This document shows, piece by piece, positions 30,754 through 40,642 of a stretch of 64,000 nt of DNA. The stretch's first letter is position 1, and each line of letters starts with the position of its first letter. A program made the translations under genes and the position numbers. The notes beneath the pieces are model-generated. The model did no database searches, was not told the origin of the DNA, and saw only the letters and a program-made list of their open reading frames with translations. Origin of the DNA: Sphingobium sp. (GTDB taxonomy: Bacteria; Pseudomonadota; Alphaproteobacteria; Sphingomonadales; Sphingomonadaceae); contig OZ257238.1 of the NCBI GenBank assembly GCA_965279415.1, forward strand, positions 502,925-566,924. The letters are read 5' to 3'.

Positions 30754-32217
30754 CTAACCCGTCGGGGTCATCCGCCCGGTCGGTTCCCCGCTCACATTCG
30801 TCGCGTCGCGGCATTCCTCCTCATGCGGCGGGGCCATCATCCGGGCCTTGCGCCAGCCGCCTTGCAGATAATAGGCGCCCGCCAGCACCAGCGACACCAC
30901 CGATCCCACCGGGAAACTGAGCCAGATCGCATCCGCGCCGAGCATCGGATAGAACAGCCAGTAGAAGCCGATCCGCACCGGATAGAGCGCGACGACCAGG
31001 ATCACCAGCGGGGCCATCACCACCCCGTTCGATCGCATCGTGCCGAACAATACCATGGTGAGGCCGAAGAGCAGGAAGCTCCAGCTTGCGAGAAACTGCA
31101 TATGCCGGGCAAGTTCGATCGCGTCGCTGCCCGACCCCAGGAACAGCGCCAGCACCGGTCGGTCGAACGCCAGCATCAGCAGAATGAGGCTGCCCGTCAT
31201 CACCATGTTGAACGCCATGCCGCGCCAGGTGATGCCGTTCACCCTGTCCCACCGGCCCGCGCCGATATTCTGCGCGGCCATCGCGCTCACCGCCGCGCCG
31301 ATCGCCATGGCGGGCATCTGGAGATAGGTCCAAAGCTGCTGCGCGGCGCCATAGGCGGCGGAGGTGAGCAGCCCTTCGCGGTTGACGAGGCTGACCATGA
31401 TGAGACCGGCGGTCGAGATGACGATCATCTGAAGCCCCATCGGAAAGCCCTTGGCGACGATCACCTTGAGCTGCGCGCCGCTGGGGATGAGATAGCCCAG
31501 TTCCTTGCCCCGCAGGCGCAACGGCAAGTCCTTGGCATAGACATAGGCCAGCATCGCGATCAGGCTGACATAGCCCGCCACCGCCGTCGCGGTCGCCGAT
31601 CCGGCGATGCCCATCGCGGGGATCGGGCCGTAGCCGAGGATGAACAGGGGGTTGAGGCCGCTATCCAGAATCACGCTCAGGATCATGAACCAGAGCGGCG
31701 TGATCGAATCGCCCGATCCGCGCAGGCCCATCATCACCATCACGCTGATGAGCGATGCGGGCATGGCGAGGAAGATGACGCGCAGATAAGTGAGCGCCAG
31801 CGCGAACGCCTCGCCCGGCGTGGCCAGCGCGCGCAGGATCGCGGGCGCGCCGAACCAGCCCGCCGTCGCGACGACCAGCGACAGGATAAAGCAGAAGCCG
31901 AGCGCCGATCCGAAGGCGCAGCGCGCGGCGTCTATGTCGCGCCGCCCGAACGCCTGCCCCACCATCACCGTCGCCGCCATGCCGAAGCCGAACACGGCGG
32001 AAAACAGCAGGAACATGATGATGTTGGCGTTCGCCGTCGCCGCCAGCGCGCCTTCGCCCAGGAAACGTCCGACCCACACCGAATTGATCGAACCGTTCAG
32101 CGATTGCAGGATGTTGGACGCCAGCGTGGGCAACGCGAAGGCGAACAGCGTCGCGCTGATCGGCCCGGCGGTGAGATCGGGCCGCTTGCGAGCTCTGTCT
32201 GCGGCTAGAGTTGCCAT
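30754..32217 (-). CDS. MATE-family efflux transporter
   Basis: 487 aa with 12 TM helices and the N-terminal MATE signature ...ATLFAFALPTLASNILQSLNGSINSVWVGRFLGE. Confidence 0.85.
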   Translation of the reverse strand: MATLAADRARKRPDLTAGPISATLFAFALPTLASNILQSLNGSINSVWVGRFLGEGALAATANANIIMFLLFSAVFGFGMAATVMVGQAFGRRDIDAARCAFGSALGFCFILSLVVATAGWFGAPAILRALATPGEAFALALTYLRVIFLAMPASLISVMVMMGLRGSGDSITPLWFMILSVILDSGLNPLFILGYGPIPAMGIAGSATATAVAGYVSLIAMLAYVYAKDLPLRLRGKELGYLIPSGAQLKVIVAKGFPMGLQMIVISTAGLIMVSLVNREGLLTSAAYGAAQQLWTYLQMPAMAIGAAVSAMAAQNIGAGRWDRVNGITWRGMAFNMVMTGSLILLMLAFDRPVLALFLGSGSDAIELARHMQFLASWSFLLFGLTMVLFGTMRSNGVVMAPLVILVVALYPVRIGFYWLFYPMLGADAIWLSFPVGSVVSLVLAGAYYLQGGWRKARMMAPPHEEECRDATNVSGEPTGRMTPTG

Positions 32218-32267
32218 GCTGTGTGCCGTCCCTCGTTCACCATATCACCTCGCCCCAAGGGTCGCCG

Positions 32268-32353
32268 TGTTCCTGCGAAGGCAGGAACCCAGAGTAACGA
32301 CGAAGGCAAGAGCCTGCCCCCCACCCTGGACTCCTGCTTTCGCAGGAGAACGG
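32268..32353. repeat. Pair of inverted small hairpin repeats (family TTCCTGCGAAGGCAGGAACCCAG)
   Basis: GTGTTCCTGCGAAGGCAGGAACCCAG (32268..) and CTGGACTCCTGCTTTCGCAGGAGAACGG (..32353) are mutually inverted. Related copies are at 54999..55135. Confidence 0.6.
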
Positions 32354-32371
32354 TTGGGCACGTATACGCCC

Positions 32372-35300
32372 CTACCCCAGCCGCGCCAGCGCCGCCGCCA
32401 GCCTCTCCGCCTCCGCGGATTTCTCCGCATGATCGGCCCGCGCCTTCTCGACCGCTTCGGGCTTGGCCCGCTCGACGAAGCTGGCGTTGGACAGCCGCCC
32501 CGCCAGCGCGTTGCGCTCCTTGGCGGCGGCCTCCATCGCCTTGGTCAGGCGCGCCTTCTCGGCGGCGAGGTCGATGACGCCTTCGAGGGGCAGGATATAG
32601 GTCGCTTCATCGACCACGACCTGCGCCGCGCCACCTTCGCTGGCATCGCCGAATGTGACGCTCTCTATGCGCGCCAACCGCGCCAGCGACGCTTGCTGCC
32701 GCTGAAGCCGCGCGCGGGTCGCTTCGGAGGCATCGCGCACGACCGCCTTCATCTTCGCGCCTGGCGGCACGTTGAGTTCGGTACGCGCGGTGCGGATAGC
32801 CTGCACAAGGCGGATCAGCCAGTCGATCTCCGCACGCGCTTCGTTATCGCCAGCAACAACAGGTTGCGGCCACTGCGCCACGATCAGGTCGTTCTCCCGC
32901 TCGCCCATGGCGTGCCACAGTTCTTCGGTGATGAACGGCATGAAGGGGTGGAGCATCACGAGAATCTGGTCGAACGCCCATCCCGCGACCGCGCGCGTTT
33001 CGTCATCCATCGCGCCCTTGGTCAGTTCGATGTACCAGTCGCAAAACTGATCCCAGACGAAGTGATAGATCGCGTTCGCCGCCGCGTCGAAGCGCAGGTC
33101 GGCGAGCGCCTTGTCGATCGCCTGCACGGTGTCGACGACTTCGCCGATGATCCACTTGTTGACGGGCAGGGTCGCGGTCGGCGCGATCACCGATTGCGAC
33201 GCGCCGATGCCGTTGGATTGCAGGAAGCGCGCGGCGTTCCACAGCTTCGTGGCGAAGTTGCGGTAACCCTCGACGCGCTTCTCGTCCATCTTGATGTCGC
33301 GGCCCTGACTCTCCATCGCCGCCATGAAGAAGCGCAGCGCATCGGCGCCATAAGTGTCGATCAGGCCCAGCGGATCGACGGTATTGCCCTTCGACTTCGA
33401 CATCTTCGAGCCATCCGCCGCGCGGACGAGACCGTGGAGATACAGGCGCTTCCAGGGTACATCTCCCATGAACTCCTGCCCCATCATCGCCATCCGCGCA
33501 TCCCAGAAGAACAGGATGTCGAAGCCCGAAATCAGCAGGTCGTTGGGGTAATGGCGATCCACCAGACTCTCCCGCTCCCTTTCAGGGAAGAGGCGCTCCT
33601 TTGGACTCCCCTCCCCTTCAGGGGAGGGGCTGGGGGTTGGGGCTGTAATGCTGGCGTCAGGGACATCCCCCACCCCAACCCCTCCCCTGAAGGGGAGGGG
33701 CTTTCCGGCCTGCTCTTCCGGCCAGCCCAGCGTGGCGAAGGGCCAGAGGGCGGAGGAGAACCATGTGTCGAGAACGTCGGGGTCGCGGAATAGAGCTATG
33801 GTGCTACCATCACTCTTCAGCCCTGCCTCTTCTCTGTCATTCACGAATACAATTTCAGGGTTTGGCAAAGCGTCAGAACGATAAAACTCAATCGCAGCAG
33901 CGCGCGCTGCTTCTTCATCCATTTCTACGAATGGCTGACAGTCCTCAGAACGATTCAGATTTTGCTCGAAGTACCCGTCATTTAAATAGATGTGATAACG
34001 AACTCCATCTTTTTCCCATACTGGCGGACCATACCAAACAGGTATCCGGTGCCCCCACCATAATTGCCGGGACACGCACCAGGGCTGGATATTCTCCATC
34101 CAGTTGAACCACGTCTTTTCCCATGTTTTCGGTACGATCTCGATCGCGCCGGAGCGGACCGCTTCGATCGCAGGCTTGGCCAGCGTCGCCGCGTCGACAT
34201 ACCACTGGTCGGTCAGCCAGGGCTCGATCACCACGCCGCTGCGGTCGCCATAAGGGGTCTGGATCACGCGCGGCTCAAAATCTGCGGCGACTTCCTCGCC
34301 ATCCTTTCCCTTGGTGATATGCGGAACCAGCATAGCCAGCGCCTTCATTTCCGCGACGACAGCCTCGCGCGCACCGTCCACACCATCGCGGCGAAAGCGG
34401 TGCAGGCCGAGGAAGCGATCGGGGATCAACCCGTCGCTCGTCTGGACGACATTGGCGTCGGCGTCGAACATGTTGAGCATGTCCGCCGCCTTGAACCCGG
34501 CGCGCTTGCCGACATCGAAATCGTTGAAGTCATGCCCCGGCGTGATCTTGACCGCGCCCGATCCCAGTTCGGGGTCGGCATGTTCGTCCGGTACAATCCT
34601 GAAACGACGACCGGTGATCGGCTGGACGATATCCTTGCCGATCACGCTTGCGTAGCGCGCATCGTCGGGGTGCACGGCGACTGCCATGTCGGCCAGCATC
34701 GTTTCCGGGCGCGTGGTGGCGACGACGATATGGTCCGCGCCATCGGCGAGCGTCACGCCATCCGCCAGCGGATATTTGATGCGCCAAAAGCCGCCGCTCA
34801 CTTCCCGCGTTTCGACTTCCAGATCGGAAATCGCCGTTTTCAGGCCCGGATCCCAGTTGACCAGCCTTTTGTCGCGATACAGCAGGCCGCGATTGTAGAG
34901 GTCTACGAAAACCTTGACGACCGCCTTCGAGAAATGCGGGTCCATGGTGAACTGCTCGCGGCTCCAGTCCATTGAGCAGCCCAGCCGCCGAAGCTGGCCG
35001 GTGATGGTGCCGCCGCTCTCGCGCTTCCAGTCCCACACTTTCTCGACGAACTGGTCGCGCGTGTAATCGGTGCGCTTTTCACCGCGCGCGTTCATCTGCC
35101 GCTCGACCACCATCTGCGTGGCGATGCCCGCATGATCGGTGCCGACCACCCACAGCGCATCCTTGCCGCGCAGCCGCTCGTAGCGGATCACGATATCCTG
35201 CAACGTATTGTCCAGCGCATGGCCGATATGCAGGCTGCCCGTCACATTGGGCGGCGGATTGACGATGGTGAAAGGCTGCGCATCGGGCCGTTCCGGGCGG

Positions 35301-35380
35301 AACAGGCCGTTATCCTCCCAGTGGCTGTACCAGCGGGATTCGATTGTCGCGGGGTCGAATGTCTTGGGCAGATCGGTCAT
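32372..35380 (-). CDS. valS: Valine--tRNA ligase
   Basis: It has the HIGH motif ([14 protein letters not shown]), KMSKS (KMSKSKGN), [14 protein letters not shown], and a C-terminal coiled coil. At 1002 aa it carries two unusual internal insertions (see findings). Confidence 0.95.
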   Translation of the reverse strand: MTDLPKTFDPATIESRWYSHWEDNGLFRPERPDAQPFTIVNPPPNVTGSLHIGHALDNTLQDIVIRYERLRGKDALWVVGTDHAGIATQMVVERQMNARGEKRTDYTRDQFVEKVWDWKRESGGTITGQLRRLGCSMDWSREQFTMDPHFSKAVVKVFVDLYNRGLLYRDKRLVNWDPGLKTAISDLEVETREVSGGFWRIKYPLADGVTLADGADHIVVATTRPETMLADMAVAVHPDDARYASVIGKDIVQPITGRRFRIVPDEHADPELGSGAVKITPGHDFNDFDVGKRAGFKAADMLNMFDADANVVQTSDGLIPDRFLGLHRFRRDGVDGAREAVVAEMKALAMLVPHITKGKDGEEVAADFEPRVIQTPYGDRSGVVIEPWLTDQWYVDAATLAKPAIEAVRSGAIEIVPKTWEKTWFNWMENIQPWCVSRQLWWGHRIPVWYGPPVWEKDGVRYHIYLNDGYFEQNLNRSEDCQPFVEMDEEAARAAAIEFYRSDALPNPEIVFVNDREEAGLKSDGSTIALFRDPDVLDTWFSSALWPFATLGWPEEQAGKPLPFRGGVGVGDVPDASITAPTPSPSPEGEGSPKERLFPERERESLVDRHYPNDLLISGFDILFFWDARMAMMGQEFMGDVPWKRLYLHGLVRAADGSKMSKSKGNTVDPLGLIDTYGADALRFFMAAMESQGRDIKMDEKRVEGYRNFATKLWNAARFLQSNGIGASQSVIAPTATLPVNKWIIGEVVDTVQAIDKALADLRFDAAANAIYHFVWDQFCDWYIELTKGAMDDETRAVAGWAFDQILVMLHPFMPFITEELWHAMGERENDLIVAQWPQPVVAGDNEARAEIDWLIRLVQAIRTARTELNVPPGAKMKAVVRDASEATRARLQRQQASLARLARIESVTFGDASEGGAAQVVVDEATYILPLEGVIDLAAEKARLTKAMEAAAKERNALAGRLSNASFVERAKPEAVEKARADHAEKSAEAERLAAALARLG
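33560..33720. repeat. G/C-rich palindromic repeat cluster embedded in frame within valS
   Basis: CCCCTCCCCTTCAGGGGAGGGGCTGGGGGTTGGGG (about 33608..33642) and CCCCACCCCAACCCCTCCCCTGAAGGGGAGGGG (about 33668..33700) are inverted copies, each itself a hairpin. A third weaker hairpin, CTCCCTTTCAGGGAAG, lies at about 33575. Confidence 0.65.
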
Positions 35381-35452
35381 CCGACTGCCTTTAGCGATTG
35401 CGGCGAAAGCGTCAAAGCCAATGTCTGCGCCCCGCGAAGGGACGCGGTGCCG

Positions 35453-36064
35453 TTACAGATCGCGCCCGGTGATCCGTGCGATTTCCTTCGCGACCATCGC
35501 CTCGACCAGATCGGGCAGGTTCGCGTCCAGCCAGTCCTTCATCATCGGGCGCAGCAATTCGCGCACCAGCGCTTCCAGCGTGTTGTCGCCGCCTTCCGCC
35601 TGCGGCTTCACGACCATGGCGGACAAGGCGGAGAGCGAATGGCGGGTTGCGACTTCGCTTTCGACCGACAGCATCGTGTCGGCCTGTGCCGATTCGGCGG
35701 CAGGCGCTGCGACAGGTGCGGCAGGCTTCGGTGCGGGCTTGGCCATGACGGGCGCCTCCGGTGCGGGCGATGAAACGGGCGGGGGCGCCGGCTGTTCCGG
35801 GGCGGGTTCGGCGGCCACTTCCTCAAGGTCGAGGGGATCGGTCAGTTCCAGGATTTCCTCGGCCTGTACATAGGGCGAAGGGGCCTCTTCCTCGAAGCCA
35901 TGTTCTTCGATATCAAGGCGTTGCGTGACCTCTTCGACCGGGCGGACGCGACGCGACGTGCGCGCCGAAATGCCCCGGCTGGCTTCATCGCCTTCTTCGG
36001 CAATGATGCGCTTGATGGAGGAGAGTATCTCTTCCATCGAGGGTTCCTTGCTCATGTCCCCCAT
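35453..36064 (-). CDS. popZ: Pole-organising protein PopZ homologue (DUF2497)
   Basis: The N-terminus EPSMEEILSSIKRIIAEE and C-terminus TLEALVRELLRPMMKDWLDANLPDLVE match the conserved ends of Caulobacter PopZ as recalled. A Pro/Ala/Glu-rich linker lies between them. Confidence 0.75.
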   Translation of the reverse strand: MGDMSKEPSMEEILSSIKRIIAEEGDEASRGISARTSRRVRPVEEVTQRLDIEEHGFEEEAPSPYVQAEEILELTDPLDLEEVAAEPAPEQPAPPPVSSPAPEAPVMAKPAPKPAAPVAAPAAESAQADTMLSVESEVATRHSLSALSAMVVKPQAEGGDNTLEALVRELLRPMMKDWLDANLPDLVEAMVAKEIARITGRDL

Positions 36065-36130
36065 TGCGTACCCCTCACTTCACCCTTGCTCGGCCCGGTC
36101 GGCGCAGCGAACCGCGCGGACCGTTAACCA

Positions 36131-37594
36131 TCATTTTGCGGCGTCGGGGGCCACCATGGCGTTTTGTGCGGGCGTGTCAACGGTGCGCGTGGCGACGGGC
36201 TGAGGCCGGGGATCGCCGCCCCAGTCGAGCAGCTTGTTCTTCACCCGGTCGTAGTTGAGAACCGGATCGTAAAGCGCCCCGCCGCCGAGGCTCAGATCGT
36301 CCGCCTCCGCATGGCCCATCGCCGCAAGCAGCGAAAAGCCCGCGACATAGGCGTTGCGCCGGGCGGAAACGAGCTGCACGCGCGCGTTCAATGCCTCCTG
36401 CTCGGCATTGAGGATATCGAGAATCGTACGGCTGCCGACCGAGTTTTCCGCACGCACGCCTTCCAGCGAGAGCAGGGTCGCATCCACCGCCGCCTGGCTC
36501 GACACGATCGTCTGGAGCGAGGCCTGCCAACTGGCGTAGGAGGCGCGCACCTGAGAGATCACGCTGCGCTCGGCTTCGATCTCGCGCTCGATCGCCTGCG
36601 ATTCGATGGCCTGCTGCTGACGCACTTGCGCCGCCGGACGTCCGCCCTGATAGAGCGGGACGGTGAGCTGGACACCGGCGGAAGCCGTCTTGTTGATCTG
36701 CGACGCGCTGTCTTGGAGCGAATTGAGATAGTTGGTATAGCCGCCCTGCGTGAACACCGAGACGGTCGGCTTGGCCGCGGCACGCGCGGCCTTCACGTCG
36801 TATATGGCGGCTTCGCGCTGCTTCTTCGCGGCGAGAATATCGGGATTGTCGGCGACCGCGACCTGCACGGCCAGATCGGGGCTTTGCGGCAGGCCGGGCA
36901 AGGGCGGCGGCGTTTCCAGATTTTCGGGCGGAGACCCGACCAGCGCGATGTAGTTTTCCCGCGAGCGGATGAGATTGGCTTCGGCGGTCTGAAGGTCGCT
37001 GCGGGCGAGCGCCAGGCGCGATTGCGACTGGGCGATGTCGGTGCGCGTCAGGTCGCCCACTTCGAAACGATCGTTCGTCGCCTGCAGGTTCACGTCCAGC
37101 ACGCCGACATTGGCGCGGTTGAGCGACACGATCGCACTGTCGCGGATCACGTCCATATAAGCGGCGACGACCTGCGAGAAAACCGACGCTTCGGTGCCGC
37201 GCAGGCCCGCACGGCCTGCATCGACCCGCGTCTTGGCCCCCGTGATGGCATTCTTCACCGCGCCGCCCGAATAGATCGGCACGTTGAGTTGCGCCTGCGT
37301 GTTGATCGTACGCTGCGGCGACGTGAAGCTGATCGTCGGCTTCAGGATGCTTTCGGTGAACGATCCGCTGGCCTGCGCGCTCGGGCGCCCGGCAGCTTTC
37401 TGGATCGGGACATTCTCGTCATTCGCGCGCAGCGACGCCCGCGCGCCGGTCAGCGTCGGATTGGTCTGATAGGCTTTGAGCAAAGCCTCCTGCAGCGTTT
37501 CGGCGGAAACCGGCTGCGTGGCCAGAACGGCAAGAGAGGCGCTGGTGCCCAGCGCTTTGGCGAGGCGAAGGGCGGTAATGGAAAGACGTGTCAA
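36131..37594 (-). CDS. tolC: TolC-family outer-membrane channel
   Basis: Signal peptide ...LAVLATQPVSA, then ETLQEAL. It has the two-fold internal repeat typical of TolC. The listed TTG at 37636 would overlap pcm, so TTG 37594 gives a cleaner signal peptide and was chosen. Confidence 0.8.
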   Translation of the reverse strand: MTRLSITALRLAKALGTSASLAVLATQPVSAETLQEALLKAYQTNPTLTGARASLRANDENVPIQKAAGRPSAQASGSFTESILKPTISFTSPQRTINTQAQLNVPIYSGGAVKNAITGAKTRVDAGRAGLRGTEASVFSQVVAAYMDVIRDSAIVSLNRANVGVLDVNLQATNDRFEVGDLTRTDIAQSQSRLALARSDLQTAEANLIRSRENYIALVGSPPENLETPPPLPGLPQSPDLAVQVAVADNPDILAAKKQREAAIYDVKAARAAAKPTVSVFTQGGYTNYLNSLQDSASQINKTASAGVQLTVPLYQGGRPAAQVRQQQAIESQAIEREIEAERSVISQVRASYASWQASLQTIVSSQAAVDATLLSLEGVRAENSVGSRTILDILNAEQEALNARVQLVSARRNAYVAGFSLLAAMGHAEADDLSLGGGALYDPVLNYDRVKNKLLDWGGDPRPQPVATRTVDTPAQNAMVAPDAAK

Positions 37595-37607
37595 ATGCCG
37601 GACTTTC

Positions 37608-38249
37608 TCAAAAGACGAATGTTTTCGGCCGGGCAAACCCCGGAAGCACTACCATTTCGATGTCCGCAATATGGCTGAGGCCGAAGGCGCCGCCGCTCTT
37701 GCGCCCGACGGCCAGGCGCGTCACGCCCTTGTCGACCAGCCCGGTCGCCATCCGCCCGCCATCGCCAAGCTGATCAACGAGCGTCGCGGGGACTTCCTCT
37801 ATCGCCCCGTCGATGACGATGACGTCGTAAGGGGCGCGATCCGGCGCGCCGGCGGCCAGCGATCCGGGTGCCAGAGTAACGCCGGTGGGAGCATCGCTGT
37901 GGGAGAGCAGTTCCGCGTCGTCCACCGCCGTCACCACCGCGCCCATCGCGGCGAGCACGGCGGCGCAATAGCCCGTCGCCGCGCCGATCAGCAGCACCTT
38001 GTCCCCACGTCGTACGGCGGCTTCGGTCAACAGCCGTCCGGTCGCCAATGGCGGGTTGAGCGAACGACCGTCCCCCAGGGGAACAGGACGGTCGATATAG
38101 GCCATGGCCTGCCGCGCCGCGGGCACGAACGCCTCACGCGGTACATGCGCCATAGCCTCGATCACGCGGACATCGTTGACGTCGCTGGTGCGCAACTGGC
38201 TTTCCACCATGGCGGCGCGCATCGCGGCGAGATCGGGTTCAGTCACCAT
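37608..38249 (-). CDS. pcm: Protein-L-isoaspartate O-methyltransferase
   Basis: ATG 38249 is preceded by GGAGA. It has MVESQLRTSDV, VPREAFVP and the SAM motif VLLIGAATGY. Confidence 0.85.
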   Translation of the reverse strand: MVTEPDLAAMRAAMVESQLRTSDVNDVRVIEAMAHVPREAFVPAARQAMAYIDRPVPLGDGRSLNPPLATGRLLTEAAVRRGDKVLLIGAATGYCAAVLAAMGAVVTAVDDAELLSHSDAPTGVTLAPGSLAAGAPDRAPYDVIVIDGAIEEVPATLVDQLGDGGRMATGLVDKGVTRLAVGRKSGGAFGLSHIADIEMVVLPGFARPKTFVF

Positions 38250-38493
38250 AGGTCTCCGATTGGCATAACCGTGTTGCCAATGCAATACAGCAGATGGCTC
38301 TGCAAACCTCTAATTCATGTGCTCCGCGACGCCAAGCGGCTTTTACGCATCCGCAACGGAGTTTTGAACGGTTGCGGATGGACTGTTGCGCAGGCGCCGC
38401 GCCGCGCTCCGGGTCGCAGGGCGCGGCATGGCGACGCTCTCCCTTGACTTTGCGGCCAAGCCTGCGCATTGGGCTCCTCCCACGACACGGTTT

Positions 38494-38567
38494 GGCCCGA
38501 TGGCGGAGTGGTTACGCAGAGGACTGCAAATCCTTGCACGCCGGTTCGATTCCGGCTCGGGCCTCCA
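38494..38567 (+). tRNA. tRNA-Cys (anticodon GCA)
   Basis: A manual cloverleaf fits: acceptor GGCCCGA/TCGGGCC, anticodon loop CTGCAAA, T-arm GGTTCGATTCC, encoded CCA. The adjacent downstream sequence turns AT-rich. Confidence 0.9.
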
Positions 38568-38768
38568 CCGTTAACTTGTTGATTTAGTGTTATTAAATCA
38601 ACATTTATGCGTTTTCGATTTTTACCCTGCAACCCTTCCCGCATGTAAATCTGGTGTAATTGTGCCGGGTATCGGCCCATCTGGAACGCACATCGCCTGA
38701 TCTATGTGGCTTCCATAGAAATGCCCATATCTAGGCACCATCGCCAACGTCCTGTGTCCGCTAATTCG

Positions 38769-38880
38769 CTATATCGTCGGAAGGTCCACACCGGCTTTCA
38801 CCAGATTGGCGATTGCGGTGCGGCGCATGCTGTGCGGAGTGACTTTAGCTGGATTTAGACCCGCGCGAACGACAGCACGG
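38769..38880 (-). pseudogene. Tyrosine recombinase fragment (box II region only)
   Basis: The minus-strand translation ...AVVRAGLNPAKVTPHSMRRTAIANLVKAGVDLPTI* matches the HxLRHT / GVDL region of XerC/D-type integrases. It is truncated at both sides and has no full ORF. Confidence 0.5.
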
Positions 38881-38952
38881 GCCACCAGCCCTGTTTATGT
38901 ACGCAGGGAATACCGGATCTGGGATGTATTGCGTGCTTTATGGGTCTTTCCA

Positions 38953-39237
38953 CTGCGTTTGCATGAACGCGTTTGCGCTTCGCAAAGGATCGCCAGAAGG
39001 GCCACCACCCTTCCGAATGAGACAGCTGCCTGTAATCCCGACGCCATCGACAGACAATTGGCCGATGCCGACGACACGTCGATACGGGGGGCCTATGTGC
39101 GAAGGCAATATTGGGAGGATCGCGTCCGCATGATGCAATATTGGTCGGTTGCGGACGGTCAGGTTGGAAACCGATATGCGAACGAGCGGACGTTCGATTG
39201 TGGAGCTATCGCTCAGAAACTCCAGGGGATGTCATAG
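38953..39237 (+). pseudogene. P4/IntS-like integrase C-terminal remnant
   Basis: The plus-strand translation ...PDAIDRQLADADDTSIRGAYVRRQYWEDRVRMMQYWSV resembles the C-terminus of P4-type integrases (DDAIERQLSH....AAY......ERR.MLQWWADYL). The conserved His is replaced by Asp and upstream domains are absent. Confidence 0.5.
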
Positions 39238-40642
39238 GGGGTGTTTGCCAGCCCCCTCCCAGTGCACGGAACATGTCCACCTGTCGGTCGATCAGCGTCG
39301 CGTCGGAGGCCGCCAGGTTCGCCTCCGCGGTCGTGAGGGCAGCCTGCGCGGTGAGCAGCGACAGGAAATCGGTGCGGCCGAAGCGGTAGAGCTTGCTCGC
39401 TTGATCGGCGGCCATCGCGGCACTTGCACGAGCGCGGGCCAGAGCGGTGTTGCGGTCACGCTCCCGCGCATAAGCGGACAGTGCGGTCTCGGTCTGGCGC
39501 AGCGCCTCCAGCACACTGCCGTCGAACGTCGCCAGTGCGGCGTCGGCGCTTGCGCCAGCCTGGGCGATGCGAGCGCGAACGATCGAGCGGTTGGGGAAAC
39601 TCCAGCTTATCAGCGGGCCGAGCCCGAGATGGAAGGCGTCGTCGGAGCCTAAGGCCGAAAGCGGCCCGGTAAACCCGGCCGATCCGCCGAGGCTGACCTG
39701 CGGATAGAGATCAGCGGTGGCGACGCCGATCCTTGCGGTCGCGGCGGCGAGGGAGCGTTCGGCGGCGCGCAAATCGGGACGGCGGCGGATCAACGCGGCG
39801 CCATCTCCGATCGGAATCGGTCGCGACATCGTCGGCGGCGTCGCGCAGCTTTCGACGTCGTTTGGATAATCCGCGGGCGGGCGGCCCATCAGCGTCGCGA
39901 GCCGGTACAGCGCGGCGGTGCGGGTGGCGAGGATTGCGGGGATCAGCGCCGCGCTCTGGTCGACCACGCTTTGTGCGCGGGTCACGTCGAAGGCGGTGCC
40001 GCGCCCACCGCGTTGCAGCCGCTGCGTCACGCCCAGCGTCTGGCGTTGCGCGCCCAGCACATGATTGTTGGCGGCGAGCGTCCGGTTTGCGGCACAGGCC
40101 GCAGCGTAACTGCGCGCGACCTCCGCCGCGACGGTGACGCGGACGTTGTCGCGGGCAGCAGCCACGGCTTCGGCATCGCCCTGCGCCGCCTCGATCGCGC
40201 GGCGGATCTTGCCGGAGAGATCGAGCGGATATGCGAGACCGATGCCGAGATCGTAGCCGACCGTGCCGGGCAGGCCGGAGCCGGTGCCGTACGGCCGCGC
40301 GAGCGTCGCGCCGCCGCTCGCTGTCGTCGCGAGGGTGCGTCCCGCAGCGACCTCCTGCACGACTGCATCGGCACGGGCAAGGTTGGCGTCGGCGGCGCGC
40401 AGATCGGTGTTTGCGGCCAGCGCCTCGGCGATGAAACCGTCGAGCCGGGCGTCGCCGTAAAGCTGCCACCAATGATCAGGCAGATCGGTTTGGGTGAACG
40501 CCTCATCCTTGCCGCTGTCGAACGCGCCGTTGGCGGCCGGCAGGTTGACGGCGGCGCGTTCGGGCAGCGAATAGTTCGGCCCCACCGTGGTGCAGGCAGC
40601 CAGCGCCAGCGCAGACGCGAGCGGGACGAGCCGGCGGATCAC
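39206..40642 (-). CDS. Efflux outer-membrane lipoprotein, NodT family
   Basis: GTG 40642 overlaps the upstream stop (GTGA). The lipobox is LALAACTT. Two OEP repeats are present. Confidence 0.85.
   Translation of the reverse strand: MIRRLVPLASALALAACTTVGPNYSLPERAAVNLPAANGAFDSGKDEAFTQTDLPDHWWQLYGDARLDGFIAEALAANTDLRAADANLARADAVVQEVAAGRTLATTASGGATLARPYGTGSGLPGTVGYDLGIGLAYPLDLSGKIRRAIEAAQGDAEAVAAARDNVRVTVAAEVARSYAAACAANRTLAANNHVLGAQRQTLGVTQRLQRGGRGTAFDVTRAQSVVDQSAALIPAILATRTAALYRLATLMGRPPADYPNDVESCATPPTMSRPIPIGDGAALIRRRPDLRAAERSLAAATARIGVATADLYPQVSLGGSAGFTGPLSALGSDDAFHLGLGPLISWSFPNRSIVRARIAQAGASADAALATFDGSVLEALRQTETALSAYARERDRNTALARARASAAMAADQASKLYRFGRTDFLSLLTAQAALTTAEANLAASDATLIDRQVDMFRALGGGWQTPPMTSPGVSER

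Noticed and set aside
33560-33720. valS insertion as an intein
   Set aside because: At about 40 extra residues it is too short. It lacks intein splicing motifs (no N-terminal Cys/Ser block, no C-terminal HN-Cys/Ser/Thr), and the DNA is a palindromic repeat.
30823-33793. Plus-strand ORFs 30823..32208 and 31790..33793 opposite the MATE gene and valS
   Set aside because: These are shadow ORFs in high-GC coding DNA. Both opposite-strand genes have diagnostic motifs.
38315-38680. 121-aa minus-strand ORF covering the tRNA-Cys locus
   Set aside because: It overlaps a well-formed tRNA and has no coding features.
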